Source: Chthonomonadaceae bacterium
GTDB taxonomy: Bacteria; Armatimonadota; Chthonomonadetes; Chthonomonadales; Chthonomonadaceae
DNA: 64,000 bases
NCBI GenBank assembly: GCA_035650735.1
Contig: DASRGZ010000142.1
Span: 1 to 64,000, forward strand
Direction: 5' to 3'
The position numbers and the translations under genes were made by a program. The notes under the pieces were generated by a model. The model worked only from the letters and a program-made list of their open reading frames with translations. It ran no database searches and was not told the DNA's origin. Below are positions 17,515 to 27,196 of the stretch, piece by piece (position 1 is the stretch's first letter; each line of letters begins with the position of its first letter).

Positions 17515-18804
17515 ATGATAGACCGGTATACGACGCGCGAGATGCGCGCGCTCTGGAGCCCACAAAACAAAACGCAGAAGTGGCTGGATGTGGAGATCGC
17601 CGTCTGCGAGGGGCTGGAGCACTTTGGCCGCATTCCTGCCGGGACGACCGCCCGAATCCGCGCCGGGGCGCGGTTCGACCTGGCGCGCATGGCCGAGTTG
17701 GAGAAGGAGACCCGGCATGACGTCATGGCCTTCGTCAAGAACGTGGCGGAGAATCTGGGTGAGGAGGGCCGCTACGTCCACTACGGCGTCACCTCGTACG
17801 ATATTGTAGATACGGCGCTGGGCCTGCTGCTGCGGGATGCGACCGATATTATCCTGAACCGCTGCGAGCAGCTTACCGAAGTGATTCGCCACCGCGCCCG
17901 CGAGCACAAGCACACCGTCATGATCGGGCGCACGCACGGCATCCACGCGGAGCCTATCACGTTCGGGTTCAAGCTAGCGACCTGGCTGGACGAAATGAAC
18001 CATAACATCGAGCGGCTCCAGCAGGCGCGGGCCGCCGTCAGCGTGGGCAAAATCTCCGGCGCTGTCGGCACGCACGCCAACATCGGCCCGGAGGTCGAGA
18101 GGTATGTCTGCGAGAAGCTGGGCCTGGGCGTCGCGCCTATCTCCACCCAGATTATTGCCCGCGACCGCCATGCGCAGCTTATGGCCGCGCTCGCCATCCT
18201 GGCCGCCTCGCTGGAACGCTTCGCCACCGAGATACGGAACCTGGCGCGCACGGAGATACGCGAGGTGCAGGAGTATTTTGCGGAAGGCCAGAAAGGCTCC
18301 TCCGCCATGCCCCACAAGCGCAATCCCTGGAACTGCGAGACGATAACGGGCCTGGCGCGCGTGGCGCGCGGCAACCTGATCCCGATGCTGGAGAGCATGG
18401 CGACCTGGCACGAGCGGGACCTGACTAACAGCAGCGTGGAGCGCATCGTCCTGCCGGATACAACGACGCTGGTCGACTGGATGCTGGCGAAATTTACCGA
18501 CATCCTGGCTACGCTGATCGTCTACCCGGAGAATATGCGGCGCAACCTGGAGCAGATGGGCGGGCTGGTCTTCTCCGAGCAGATCATGCTGGCGCTGATC
18601 GCCGCTGGGCTTTCCCGCGAGGAAGCCTACACGGTCGCCCAGCGCAATGCCGCCAAAGCCTGGGCCGGGGAGGACTTCCGCACGGCCATCGAGGCGGACC
18701 CGGTCGTTCGGGAGCGGCTCACGCCCGAACAGGTCCGGCACGCCTTTGATCTGCGATATCACCTGCACAACCTGGAGCACACCTTCAACGTCCTGGGGAT
18801 TTAA
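17515..18804 (+). CDS. purB: Adenylosuccinate lyase
   Basis: MIDRYT start, TRHDV, GRTHGIHAEP, fumarate-lyase signature GSSAMPHKRNP. Confidence 0.97.
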   Translation: MIDRYTTREMRALWSPQNKTQKWLDVEIAVCEGLEHFGRIPAGTTARIRAGARFDLARMAELEKETRHDVMAFVKNVAENLGEEGRYVHYGVTSYDIVDTALGLLLRDATDIILNRCEQLTEVIRHRAREHKHTVMIGRTHGIHAEPITFGFKLATWLDEMNHNIERLQQARAAVSVGKISGAVGTHANIGPEVERYVCEKLGLGVAPISTQIIARDRHAQLMAALAILAASLERFATEIRNLARTEIREVQEYFAEGQKGSSAMPHKRNPWNCETITGLARVARGNLIPMLESMATWHERDLTNSSVERIVLPDTTTLVDWMLAKFTDILATLIVYPENMRRNLEQMGGLVFSEQIMLALIAAGLSREEAYTVAQRNAAKAWAGEDFRTAIEADPVVRERLTPEQVRHAFDLRYHLHNLEHTFNVLGI

Positions 18805-18822
18805 TCGTGTTAAGGCAGGTAC

Positions 18823-19353
18823 GTGACCGAGCGGACGATTCACCTATTCGAGAGACCCTGCCCGCCTGGGTGGGTCTATCCATGTACTGCCGCTGACCTG
18901 GCGGAGCATCTTGCCCGCCTGCCAGCCTCGGATCTGTCTGGACTATGGGCAGTGGGCCTCGCTCCGTCCACGCGCAAAGATTGCCGGGCCAGTGCTCGCT
19001 ACTTCTTCTCTGAGAAGCCGACTATCTATATCTATTCCTATCCTGAGGGGCTGCGATACAGATTACCGCCACACACCAGGCGGTCGGATATTGAGCAGGG
19101 CATGGCGATGGAGTTGCAGTTCGGCATGACCGTCGAAAGGCACGGCAGCCGCTATACCTGCGCGTGGTCAGCAGACAACCTGCGCCGCTTCATCCTGGAG
19201 CATGTGCTGCTCCATGAAGTCGGGCACCATGTCTACCACCTCCAGCGCAGAGAGCGTGGGCTTCCTTATCATCCCAACACGGTAGAGTCGGAGCAGTTCG
19301 CCGAAGCCTATGCCTGTCGCTACCGCCACAAAAACCGATTCGGACAGGATTAA
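18823..19353 (+). CDS. Hypothetical protein with HEXXH zinc-metallopeptidase-like motif
   Basis: VLLHEVGHHVYH followed by E..A (SEQFAE). Confidence 0.65.
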   Translation: MTERTIHLFERPCPPGWVYPCTAADLAEHLARLPASDLSGLWAVGLAPSTRKDCRASARYFFSEKPTIYIYSYPEGLRYRLPPHTRRSDIEQGMAMELQFGMTVERHGSRYTCAWSADNLRRFILEHVLLHEVGHHVYHLQRRERGLPYHPNTVESEQFAEAYACRYRHKNRFGQD

Positions 19354-19476
19354 CGGGATTAACTGGATTTCAACTACAAGGATAAGCCCGGCTTGTCTAC
19401 CTTTGTGCAATCCTGAAAATCCTGTCTAAAATCTTGTCTTTTGCTTTTAATCGGTGTTAATCTGTGTAATCTGTGG
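19343..19476. repeat. Degenerate inverted ~9-nt unit array
   Basis: GACAGGATT/AACGGGATT/AACTGGATT ... AATCCTGAA/AATCCTGTC, then AATCGGTG/AATCTGTG/AATCTGTG. Confidence 0.7.
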
Positions 19477-19498
19477 ATTCTGAAATAGGAGGCAAGCG

Positions 19499-20485
19499 AT
19501 GTTGAATCTGGCGGTGGTCGGGTGCGGCAACATGGCCAGCGATCTGGCGCGGCGCAGCGTGAAGCTGGGACGGGCGCGCATCGCCGCCATTCACGATATT
19601 GACCCGGAGGTGCTGGCCCGACGTTGCGCCGAGTTTGATGCCGAGCCGGAGTCGGATATCCACGCGCTGGCAAAGCGCGCGGACATAGATGCCTTTCTGG
19701 TCGGCTCGCCGCCGCTCTATCACCATGACAACGTGCTGGCGCTGGCTCCGGCAGGCAAGCCCATCTACTGCGAAAAGCCGCTCTGTACGACTGTGCAGCT
19801 CTGCGATGAGATGATCGCGGCATGCCGGGAGCATGGGGTGAAGCTGTTCGTGGGGCAGGTGCTGCGGCTGTTCCCGCTGTTCTGGAAGTCCTACGAGGTC
19901 ATCGCATCGGGGGAGTTGGGCACGCCGCAGGTCCTTTCCATCACGCGGGCCGGGCAAGCCCGGCACCACGCGGCAGGTTGGCGGGCCAGTTTGGTCGAGT
20001 CGGGTGGGCTGCTGCTGGAAGTCAACTCGCACGAATTGGATTACATGCTCTTCCTGATGGGCGAGGTCGAGAGCGTCTATGCGCGGGGCCGCAACCTCAA
20101 CGGCTGGGCCGACTTCGACGACGCCCTGCTGGTGCAGCTAAACTTCAAGAACGGGGGCATCGGCATGCTCCACAGCAGCAACTCCTCTCCGGTGGGCGAG
20201 TACCGCGTGCATATCCAGTGTACGCAGGGCAATCTGCTGCACGGCGGGTTTGGAGGCGAGCTGCGTTATCGGTCGTTCCAGGCCGCCGAGCCGACCGTTA
20301 TCACCCTCCAGGACCTCGCCGACCGCCCCAATCCCTACGACTGGGAGCTGACCTCCTTCTTCGACTGGTGCCAGGACGATACGCCTCCCTTCTTCACCGG
20401 GGAGACGGGCCGAGCCAACGTCGTCGTCGCCGAGACGATCTATCGCGCTCTGGCCAGCGGCCAGGTTGAGCCGGTCACGAAATAG
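19499..20485 (+). CDS. Gfo/Idh/MocA family oxidoreductase
   Basis: LAVVGCG Rossmann motif, CEKP, SGGLLLEVNSHELD. Confidence 0.93.
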   Translation: MLNLAVVGCGNMASDLARRSVKLGRARIAAIHDIDPEVLARRCAEFDAEPESDIHALAKRADIDAFLVGSPPLYHHDNVLALAPAGKPIYCEKPLCTTVQLCDEMIAACREHGVKLFVGQVLRLFPLFWKSYEVIASGELGTPQVLSITRAGQARHHAAGWRASLVESGGLLLEVNSHELDYMLFLMGEVESVYARGRNLNGWADFDDALLVQLNFKNGGIGMLHSSNSSPVGEYRVHIQCTQGNLLHGGFGGELRYRSFQAAEPTVITLQDLADRPNPYDWELTSFFDWCQDDTPPFFTGETGRANVVVAETIYRALASGQVEPVTK

Positions 20486-20583
20486 GCGCCCCCTGTTTGC
20501 CTCCACCGCTCGCTTTCCAACCATTCCGGCGCTTCCGTTGGAAGGGGTCGGAATGGTTGGATTTTGGCGTTCCCCCAGGGATA

Positions 20584-20665
20584 GGTAGACACTCCCAGCC
20601 GTGTGGATCAATCTCACGCAGCCTGCTGCTGAGGAGATACGTCCACACCGTTGGGAGGGATTACC
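20584..20665 (+). mobile_element. MITE family A, copy 2 (82 bp)
   Basis: 8-bp TSD CAGGGATA at 20576-20583 and 20666-20673. Confidence 0.9.
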
Positions 20666-20834
20666 CAGGGATAAAACCGCCAAAAAAAAGTCAACAAAAT
20701 CCGCGCTTGATCCGTCCTCTCATAGGTCATGAGCGCAGACGCATCCACTCCACACTGCGGCTCGGGCACTATCCGCTAGTTCAGGGAAACGCACGCGATA
20801 GCGTCTCCACAAACATCCACAAGGAGAGAGAACG

Positions 20835-21956
20835 ATGCGTACTGAGGGATCGCCAACCAGACGGGCTTTGCCCTTCCTGCTCGGCTGCACTCTGGCGGGC
20901 TGGGTTGGGGCCACGCCGGTGTTTGCTCAGAATGCGCCGATGCCGGATGTCACACCGCCGCCGGCCGACTCGCTGGAAGCCGCGATCATGAAGGACTACG
21001 ACCCAGATCTGGGGACCGTACCGTATCCGGCCCCTCTGAACTATCCGTTCGCAGCTCCCGGCGGCCTGCAGGTCCAGCACTGGAAGGACTTAACCCAATC
21101 GGAGCTACGACCTGGCTCGGTCGACGACGTCCACTACTATGTGAGGCGGATGGAGGATGAGCAGTACCGCCGCCGCCGGGAACGGATGGCCAGCCTGATG
21201 AGCGGCCAGATGAACCCGAACCAACCCAGGTTCTACCGGCGCACCGCCGAGTCGGAATATGAATCGGACTACTACGGCGCCCAGGGCACGCCCATGCAGC
21301 CGGGCATGATGGTCGGCCCGATGTTCGGTCCGACGGCCATGGCCGCCGGCGGTGACTTCATCTACATCCTGCGGGGCGGCACGCTCTACCAACTGCGGAC
21401 CGCCGATATGTCCGTGGCCGCCCAGACGACCCTGCCCTTCCCCGGAACGTCCGGGGCGACGGGGACGACCGGTGCGACCGGCAACGTCACGCCGGGAACC
21501 GGTGCGACCACCCCGTCAACGGGTGCAACCGGCAATGCGACCGGAGAGAATCAGAATCAGGCTAATCCCGCCGCGCCGAATAACCCGAACACCAACGGCA
21601 ACCAAGCGACTACGGGTGCCAATCAATCGAACGTCAACGGCAGCCAGTCGAACAGCACCGATAATCGCTTCTATCGCCGGGGCCAGAGAAACCGGCGTGG
21701 GCAATTCGCTCCCGGCACGATAGGGATGGGCCCCCGAATGTTTGGAGGGGCCGCCATTACCGTTAGCGGCGATTACGTCTATGTCCTGCAGGGCGATACG
21801 CTCTACCAGCTGCGGACTTCCGACCTGTCGCTCGTCTCGCAAAAGACCGTGCCCTTCTCGGCGTTGGGCACCACTCCCGGTACTCCGGGTACCGCTCCTA
21901 GCGCCCCGGGCGCAACCGGCACTTCGGGGGGAACCGGTACCCAGACCAGCCCCTGA
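20835..21956 (+). CDS. Secreted hypothetical protein with internal repeats
   Basis: AAGGAG RBS; signal peptide ending VFA-Q; one YP..PG.L..HW.D.TQS...PGS motif; two GD.IY.L.G.TLYQLRT.D.S modules with T/G/N-rich linkers. Confidence 0.8.
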   Translation: MRTEGSPTRRALPFLLGCTLAGWVGATPVFAQNAPMPDVTPPPADSLEAAIMKDYDPDLGTVPYPAPLNYPFAAPGGLQVQHWKDLTQSELRPGSVDDVHYYVRRMEDEQYRRRRERMASLMSGQMNPNQPRFYRRTAESEYESDYYGAQGTPMQPGMMVGPMFGPTAMAAGGDFIYILRGGTLYQLRTADMSVAAQTTLPFPGTSGATGTTGATGNVTPGTGATTPSTGATGNATGENQNQANPAAPNNPNTNGNQATTGANQSNVNGSQSNSTDNRFYRRGQRNRRGQFAPGTIGMGPRMFGGAAITVSGDYVYVLQGDTLYQLRTSDLSLVSQKTVPFSALGTTPGTPGTAPSAPGATGTSGGTGTQTSP

Positions 21957-22370
21957 TGCAGTGATGTCTCTAGGGGCAGACACAACGCGGATGCTTGACG
22001 GCCCATAGGAGCGCGGCCTGATGGCGCTTTCACCAGGTTGCGCTCCGTTCCTACCCGACAGCTGGCTGTTACGTGCGTTTCCCTGATCGCCGCGCGTTGG
22101 CGCTTGTTTCGTACCCGGCGCCGGTTCTGTCAGGATTTATTCCCAGCAGAACCGGCGCTTTCCTGTGGGGAGGCCCAACGGGCAGCGGTCTGTTTTCTCT
22201 TGAGACAGGTCCACGCCTCCCGGTAAATTCGGTGAACAAAACGCTCGCTTTCATCGTTTCTATTGTCGAAGAGGCCACTGCCCGTCCGCAGTCTCGAATT
22301 GGCGGCCAGGGGTGAGCGTGGTAGGAGACTAAGGATGGCGGCTATGGCTATCCCCCACGGAGGAAGAACC

Positions 22371-23063
22371 ATGCACACGTTTGCAGGCAAAAGTACTCTT
22401 GCGGTGTTCCTGGGACTTGTCCTGGCGGGCGGTGTGAGCGCCCTCCCGGCTTCCGCTCAGGATAACACGGACAACGGCACAATGGAGCGTAAAGCGACCC
22501 AAATCGATCCCATGCCGGTGCAATATCCGATGGCTTCGCCGGGCAGCCTGGATCTCAATCACTGGGCCGACTACACTCAGTCCCGCATGGAGCCTGGATC
22601 GGCGGAAGAGGCCCGCAGGGAGAGGCAGCGCATGCAGGATGAGCAGGCCAGGGAGAGGGAGAGCGAGCAGCGTATGTCCGACTATCAGGATCGAACGCGA
22701 GTTGCTCCCATGCCGGTGCAGTATCCGATGGCTTCGCCGGGTAGCCTGGATCTCAACCATTGGGCCGACTACACTCAGTCCCGGCTAGCGCCCGGCTCGG
22801 CGGAAGAGGCCCGCAGGGAGAGGCAGCGTATGCAAGATGAGCGGGTAATGTCCGATATGCCATCGGATTACGAGGACAGGAACCAGATCGATCCTATGCC
22901 GGTGCAGTATCCGATGGCTTCGCCGGGCAGCCTGGATCTCAATCACTGGGCGGACTATACTCAATCCCGCATGGAGCCTGGATCGGCGGCTGAGGCGCGC
23001 ATGAGGAGGCAGCGCATGCGGGAGGAGCGTATGCGCAACCGCCAGGAGAATACGCCGCAGTAG
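22371..23063 (+). CDS. Secreted protein with three tandem ~45-aa repeats
   Basis: GGAGG RBS; signal peptide ending ASA-Q; three copies of PMPVQYPMASPGSLDLNHWADYTQSR..PGSA.EAR..RQRM. Confidence 0.85.
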   Translation: MHTFAGKSTLAVFLGLVLAGGVSALPASAQDNTDNGTMERKATQIDPMPVQYPMASPGSLDLNHWADYTQSRMEPGSAEEARRERQRMQDEQARERESEQRMSDYQDRTRVAPMPVQYPMASPGSLDLNHWADYTQSRLAPGSAEEARRERQRMQDERVMSDMPSDYEDRNQIDPMPVQYPMASPGSLDLNHWADYTQSRMEPGSAAEARMRRQRMREERMRNRQENTPQ

Positions 23064-23115
23064 GTTGCGAGCCATCCGGCGAGAAGGTGCGTCAGGCAGA
23101 CGCGATAGTTCCGGT

Positions 23116-23145
23116 GGGCAGATACAACGTATCTGCCCCCTTTTT
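23116..23145 (+). terminator. Rho-independent terminator
   Basis: GGGCAGATAC-AAC-GTATCTGCCC followed by CCTTTTT. Confidence 0.7.
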
Positions 23146-23266
23146 GTTATGGCGGCGCGACTCTTGGGGTAAAGTTATGGCAGCGCGTGGGCGCATCGCC
23201 GCCGGATAGGGCCGATCCGTCTCACTGCTGCCAATCGCTTCTCCTCGGAGGAAGGGAACAGCCGCC

Positions 23267-23788
23267 ATGCAGAATCCGCTTGAGGCTTACCGACGGACAC
23301 AACGCGAGCTCCGCCGCCACTTTGAAGCATTTACGCGCGAGAACTGTCCAACCTGCCCCACGCCTTGCTGCGTGCGTCCGGCGCGCATCCTGCCGACGGA
23401 TATTCTGCTGGCGGAGGCGACGGGATGGAAAGCGCTGATCGCTGCGCCTCCCGGCGCCGCCGAACCCGACTCGGCCCCGGACATAGTCGCGGAGGTGGCA
23501 GGCCGCATGGCGGAGGCGCTCGGCAAGCCGCCCGAGTCGGCAGAGGCCGACACTGTGCACGCCTGCGGGCAGCCCTGCGAGTTTCTAGGCGAACACGGCT
23601 GCACCTTCCCGCCCGATCTGCGCCCGTTCGGCTGCACCGCCTACATCTGCCGCTACATGTACGCGAAGCTAGACCGCCAGTCGCTCTCGCGCATCAAGCG
23701 GCTGGTGCGCGAACTGGAAGAGAAGCATAACGACCTGCTGAGAACTATCCGCCCGGTCTCGTGGCAGCAAGATCCTCCGCCGGATTAG
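23267..23788 (+). CDS. CxxCxxCC cysteine-cluster protein (YkgJ/FliB-like)
   Basis: CPTCPTPCC ... CEFL...GC...RPFGC..YIC. Confidence 0.75.
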   Translation: MQNPLEAYRRTQRELRRHFEAFTRENCPTCPTPCCVRPARILPTDILLAEATGWKALIAAPPGAAEPDSAPDIVAEVAGRMAEALGKPPESAEADTVHACGQPCEFLGEHGCTFPPDLRPFGCTAYICRYMYAKLDRQSLSRIKRLVRELEEKHNDLLRTIRPVSWQQDPPPD

Positions 23789-24533
23789 ACCAGGCGCGCA
23801 TGCCTTCGTACTCTAGCCAGATGTCGGTCATGGCTTCCCACTTATGCTCTTCGTGATCGACGTGGGTCAGGCGGAAGAAGATGGCGTAGCGGACGTGAGG
23901 CGAGACGTTGGGCGCGGCGGAGTGGGCCAGCTCGTAGTGTACCAGGACCACATCGCCCGCCTTGCCCTGAATCTGCACCGGCTCCGGCATTTCGATGGGC
24001 GGCATACCGTCGAGCAGGGATTGGGGCGTGTGCTCCTGGAAGTAGCGCTCGTAGCAGTGGTGCGTGCCCGGCCAGACGGTGAAATTGCCGGAGTAGGGCT
24101 GATGGAGATCGCTCAAAAGCACACCGACGAGCATGGTGAAGTTCTGGATGGTGCCTTCGGGGACGCCGTTGTGGGGCGAGTGCATCCCGTCCAGGTGGGC
24201 GCGGGGTCTATTGGGCGGGTCTTGCGTGCCCGGAAAGCGGAGCGCGATCTGGCCGCTGTCGACCGGACGGATTTTGCCGGGGCCGATAAGCGATTCGGCC
24301 AGCGACCAGGCGGGCGTTTTGTTGAGCAGGTCGGTGATAACCGGCTCCCGTTGCAGTTCGGTGCAGTAGGAGCGCGAGCGCATCGTCACGACCTGGTCCG
24401 TCGGGATGCCCTCGCCTACCGAGTGGTTGATGGCTTTGAGCGCCGCATCCACCATGACGCGCGGCACGACGCCGGGCACCTGCACGTATCCCTGATCATA
24501 GAACGCCTGCTTCTGGGCGTGTGTCAATTCCAT
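23745..24533 (-). CDS. Phytanoyl-CoA dioxygenase family Fe(II)/2OG protein
   Basis: Q..FYDQGY start, HLD, GNFTVWPGTH, AGDV....LAH...N...R. Confidence 0.85.
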   Translation of the reverse strand: MELTHAQKQAFYDQGYVQVPGVVPRVMVDAALKAINHSVGEGIPTDQVVTMRSRSYCTELQREPVITDLLNKTPAWSLAESLIGPGKIRPVDSGQIALRFPGTQDPPNRPRAHLDGMHSPHNGVPEGTIQNFTMLVGVLLSDLHQPYSGNFTVWPGTHHCYERYFQEHTPQSLLDGMPPIEMPEPVQIQGKAGDVVLVHYELAHSAAPNVSPHVRYAIFFRLTHVDHEEHKWEAMTDIWLEYEGMRAWSNPAEDLAATRPGG

Positions 24534-24559
24534 TTCTTACCTCTCGCATAGAGTTGCTA

Positions 24560-24601
24560 GTATAAAACCCGACAGCTAAGGAGCAGCCGTCGGGTTTTAT
24601 A
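24560..24601. other. Intergenic hairpin
   Basis: GTATAAAACCCGAC...GTCGGGTTTTATAC arms at the left edge of an AT-richer segment. Confidence 0.55.
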
Positions 24602-25248
24602 CGAACCTTATATGGACTTATTCTTCATTTCGCCCTCAGCTTTCTGAAAATTCCGCCTCTAATGTAGTTATTTGGCACGCTTCTTGCAATCCATAAAATG
24701 GCAAGCTGTTGTGCCTGCTTCCTGTTGCCTATCGTATGCTTCACCAACTCGTTTGCCAGCGACCTGCTGCTACGCGACCCACCCGCGCTCTACCGCCTAC
24801 TGTCAGCTTTACCGACTCTCTCAATCTCGAAGGTTCCTGAAAGATCGCTTGGAGCCGTTGTCATCAAGGATTTCCGATTCCTCAACCGGGCCGGTGCGCT
24901 GAGCGGCTTATGGGAGTAAGTCGGCAGTATTAGACGTGAACACGTCTCTGCCAATTCTCTCTGCTGTGCAGCAATGGGATAGCGAGCGTTCAGCCGGGCT
25001 ATCAAGCCTGCAGTCCTGTTGAAGACTTCGGCCTCAATCCACAGTACAACCTGTCTCCATCCCAATAGAAGTTGGAGTAGGGTAGATAGGTTTTCAACTC
25101 CATCTCGCCAACGGGGAGGCGCAGCCCTGCGGTCACGCCCCATCGCCGTAACCGGCTGATGGATGGGGAGGGATGAACAGCAAGGCGGCACGTAGGTCTT
25201 ACGGGCGGCCTCCTCTACTGACGACCCATCATACCGCCCCGCCAGCGG

Positions 25249-25472
25249 GTTATGACTGGCTGTTCGGCAGCGTTCTATCGCCTGCGCGGTAGTGCTCTGC
25301 TGCTATCACCGTTTGAGGCACAGTTTCGCGCTGTAGCGATCCAGACGTTCCAGGGAGATGCCTCTATCCTGAAGCAGAGCGCGAACTGGACCTGACGTAC
25401 CCTTACCCAAGAGGCTCGGTGGCATATGCGGGCGAGAGTCCGCTGTAACGGTTCCGTCGAAAGGAGACGAAT
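25249..25472 (+). promoter_or_regulatory. Duplicated ~225-bp leader, copy 1
   Basis: Aligns with 26970-27196; 35-bp identical core at 25354-25388 and 27077-27111. Confidence 0.7.
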
Positions 25473-26909
25473 ATGTCTACCAACAAGGTTGCGGATTACA
25501 TTGTCATCACAGACGCACCCAGTCAGCTAGGTGGCTTCGGTGGAATGTGGAATTTCACGGTTCCGCCGAACATTGACCTGGATTCCAAAGCCGTTCTGTA
25601 CTTTGTCTTGCGCGACATTAACGCTGATGACCTAACATTGAACGTAACCATCAACGGTAAGAAAATTAGTGCGCCTCCTTACTTAACGTTCAACGGAGAT
25701 GACCACCCGTATAGAACAATGCATGAGGTATTCAAGCCGAAAGACGTCAACATAAACCTCGACCAGGACCAGTACGCGAACACGCTCAAGTTTGAAATGA
25801 ATGCGCAGGATGATGAATACTTAACCGTGTCCGACATTGTGCTGTGGTTCCAGGTGGACAGCGGCAAGATGCCTGCCATCCTACTCGATGGCACTAACGG
25901 CAACATCTTCGCGGGCGCCCGGTTGGAGGTTTACCACACGTCGACTGGCGAGACAGAAACGTTATTTGGCCAGGGAAAGTTCGGGGATTTGTACCTGAAC
26001 AACGACCAGGGTGAGCAGCGTATTCGCCTCGAAGCCGGCCAGGCTAACCTGTGGATCGGGGGAAACTTAGCAGAAGGCGATATCATGGTGTATCCCAGCC
26101 ATGTAACCAAAGCACCGAGCAAAAAATGGGAGCCGGATGAGGCCTCATTTCATCTCGATGGACACAACGCCAGATTGACGATTGGCAGTGGTGAATCCGT
26201 GGGTTCTCACGTGGAAGAAGTGGTAATTCCGAATTCCAAAAGCGGAAAACTCGTGATCCGTGGTGCCCTTAAGGAGCAGAAAGAGGGAATTCAGGAATGG
26301 GAAGTTAAGACAGTCAACCGAATCGTAATGTTTGCCGACGTTCCCGACGCAGATGCGCCAACCGGCCGCGGGGCCCACGTACTTGTGGGTGGCCATGGTG
26401 CCAACGGGCAGATGTGGCTGTACCCTTCTTCGGCCAGCGACTATGGTTCGCCCACAATCCGTCTTAACGGGGAAACCGGCGAGATCGACTGCGCGAACTG
26501 CGATTGCGCGGAGGACTTCGAGGTCGAAGAGGGAGAGGCCGTTGAGCCTGGCACCGTCCTGGTCATTGGCGAGGATGCCAAGCTCCACGTCAGCCACCGG
26601 GCTTATGACAAACGCGTCGCTGGCGTGGTCTCTGGAGCCGGAGACTACCGTCCGGGCATCGTTCTGGGACGGCGAGCGGGCCAGCAGACCAATCGGCTTC
26701 CTGTGGCTCTGGTGGGGCGGGTTTTCTGCAAGGTGGATGCCGACCAGGGAGCCATTGAGATAGGGGACCTGCTGACAAGCTCATCAGAGCCAGGCTACGC
26801 GATGAAAGCCTCGGACCCAGTGCAAGCGTTCGGTGCGGTGTTGGGGAAGGCCCTTAGCTCGCTGGGTTCGGGTCGTGGGTTGATCCCTGTAATGGTGGCT
26901 CTCCATTAA
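25473..26909 (+). CDS. Tail-fibre/tailspike-like protein with intramolecular-chaperone-like (peptidase G2/IMC-like) C-terminus, paralog 1
   Basis: AAGGAG RBS; Gly-rich beta-type middle; C-terminal DCAEDF...PGTVLVI...YDKRVAGVVS...VALVGRV.CKV...GDLLTSS..PG.AMKA...GKAL. Confidence 0.65.
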   Translation: MSTNKVADYIVITDAPSQLGGFGGMWNFTVPPNIDLDSKAVLYFVLRDINADDLTLNVTINGKKISAPPYLTFNGDDHPYRTMHEVFKPKDVNINLDQDQYANTLKFEMNAQDDEYLTVSDIVLWFQVDSGKMPAILLDGTNGNIFAGARLEVYHTSTGETETLFGQGKFGDLYLNNDQGEQRIRLEAGQANLWIGGNLAEGDIMVYPSHVTKAPSKKWEPDEASFHLDGHNARLTIGSGESVGSHVEEVVIPNSKSGKLVIRGALKEQKEGIQEWEVKTVNRIVMFADVPDADAPTGRGAHVLVGGHGANGQMWLYPSSASDYGSPTIRLNGETGEIDCANCDCAEDFEVEEGEAVEPGTVLVIGEDAKLHVSHRAYDKRVAGVVSGAGDYRPGIVLGRRAGQQTNRLPVALVGRVFCKVDADQGAIEIGDLLTSSSEPGYAMKASDPVQAFGAVLGKALSSLGSGRGLIPVMVALH

Positions 26910-26969
26910 TCTTGGATGGCCGCCCTCGGAAGCCTGCTCCGTACTGCTTCCGAGGGTGGCCTCTCACGA

Positions 26970-27196
26970 GTTATGATTGGCTTTCCGGCAGATTTCTATC
27001 TCCTGCGCGCGGTATTGCTCTGCTGCTCTCACCTGCCAGGTCAGCGTTTCGCGCCGCAGCGATGCAGGCGTGCCCAGGAGATGCCTCTATCCTGAAGCAG
27101 AGCGCGAACTGAACCTGACGTACCCATACCCATGAGGCCAGGCAGCAGATGCGGGCGAAAGTCCGCAAAGGCCGTTCCATCGAAAAGGAGAAGAAG
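26970..27196 (+). promoter_or_regulatory. Duplicated leader, copy 2
   Basis: Aligns with 25249-25472. Confidence 0.7.

Noticed and set aside
24790..25191. 133-aa minus-strand ORF in the AT-richer island
   Set aside because: No motif or convincing RBS; cannot be supported.
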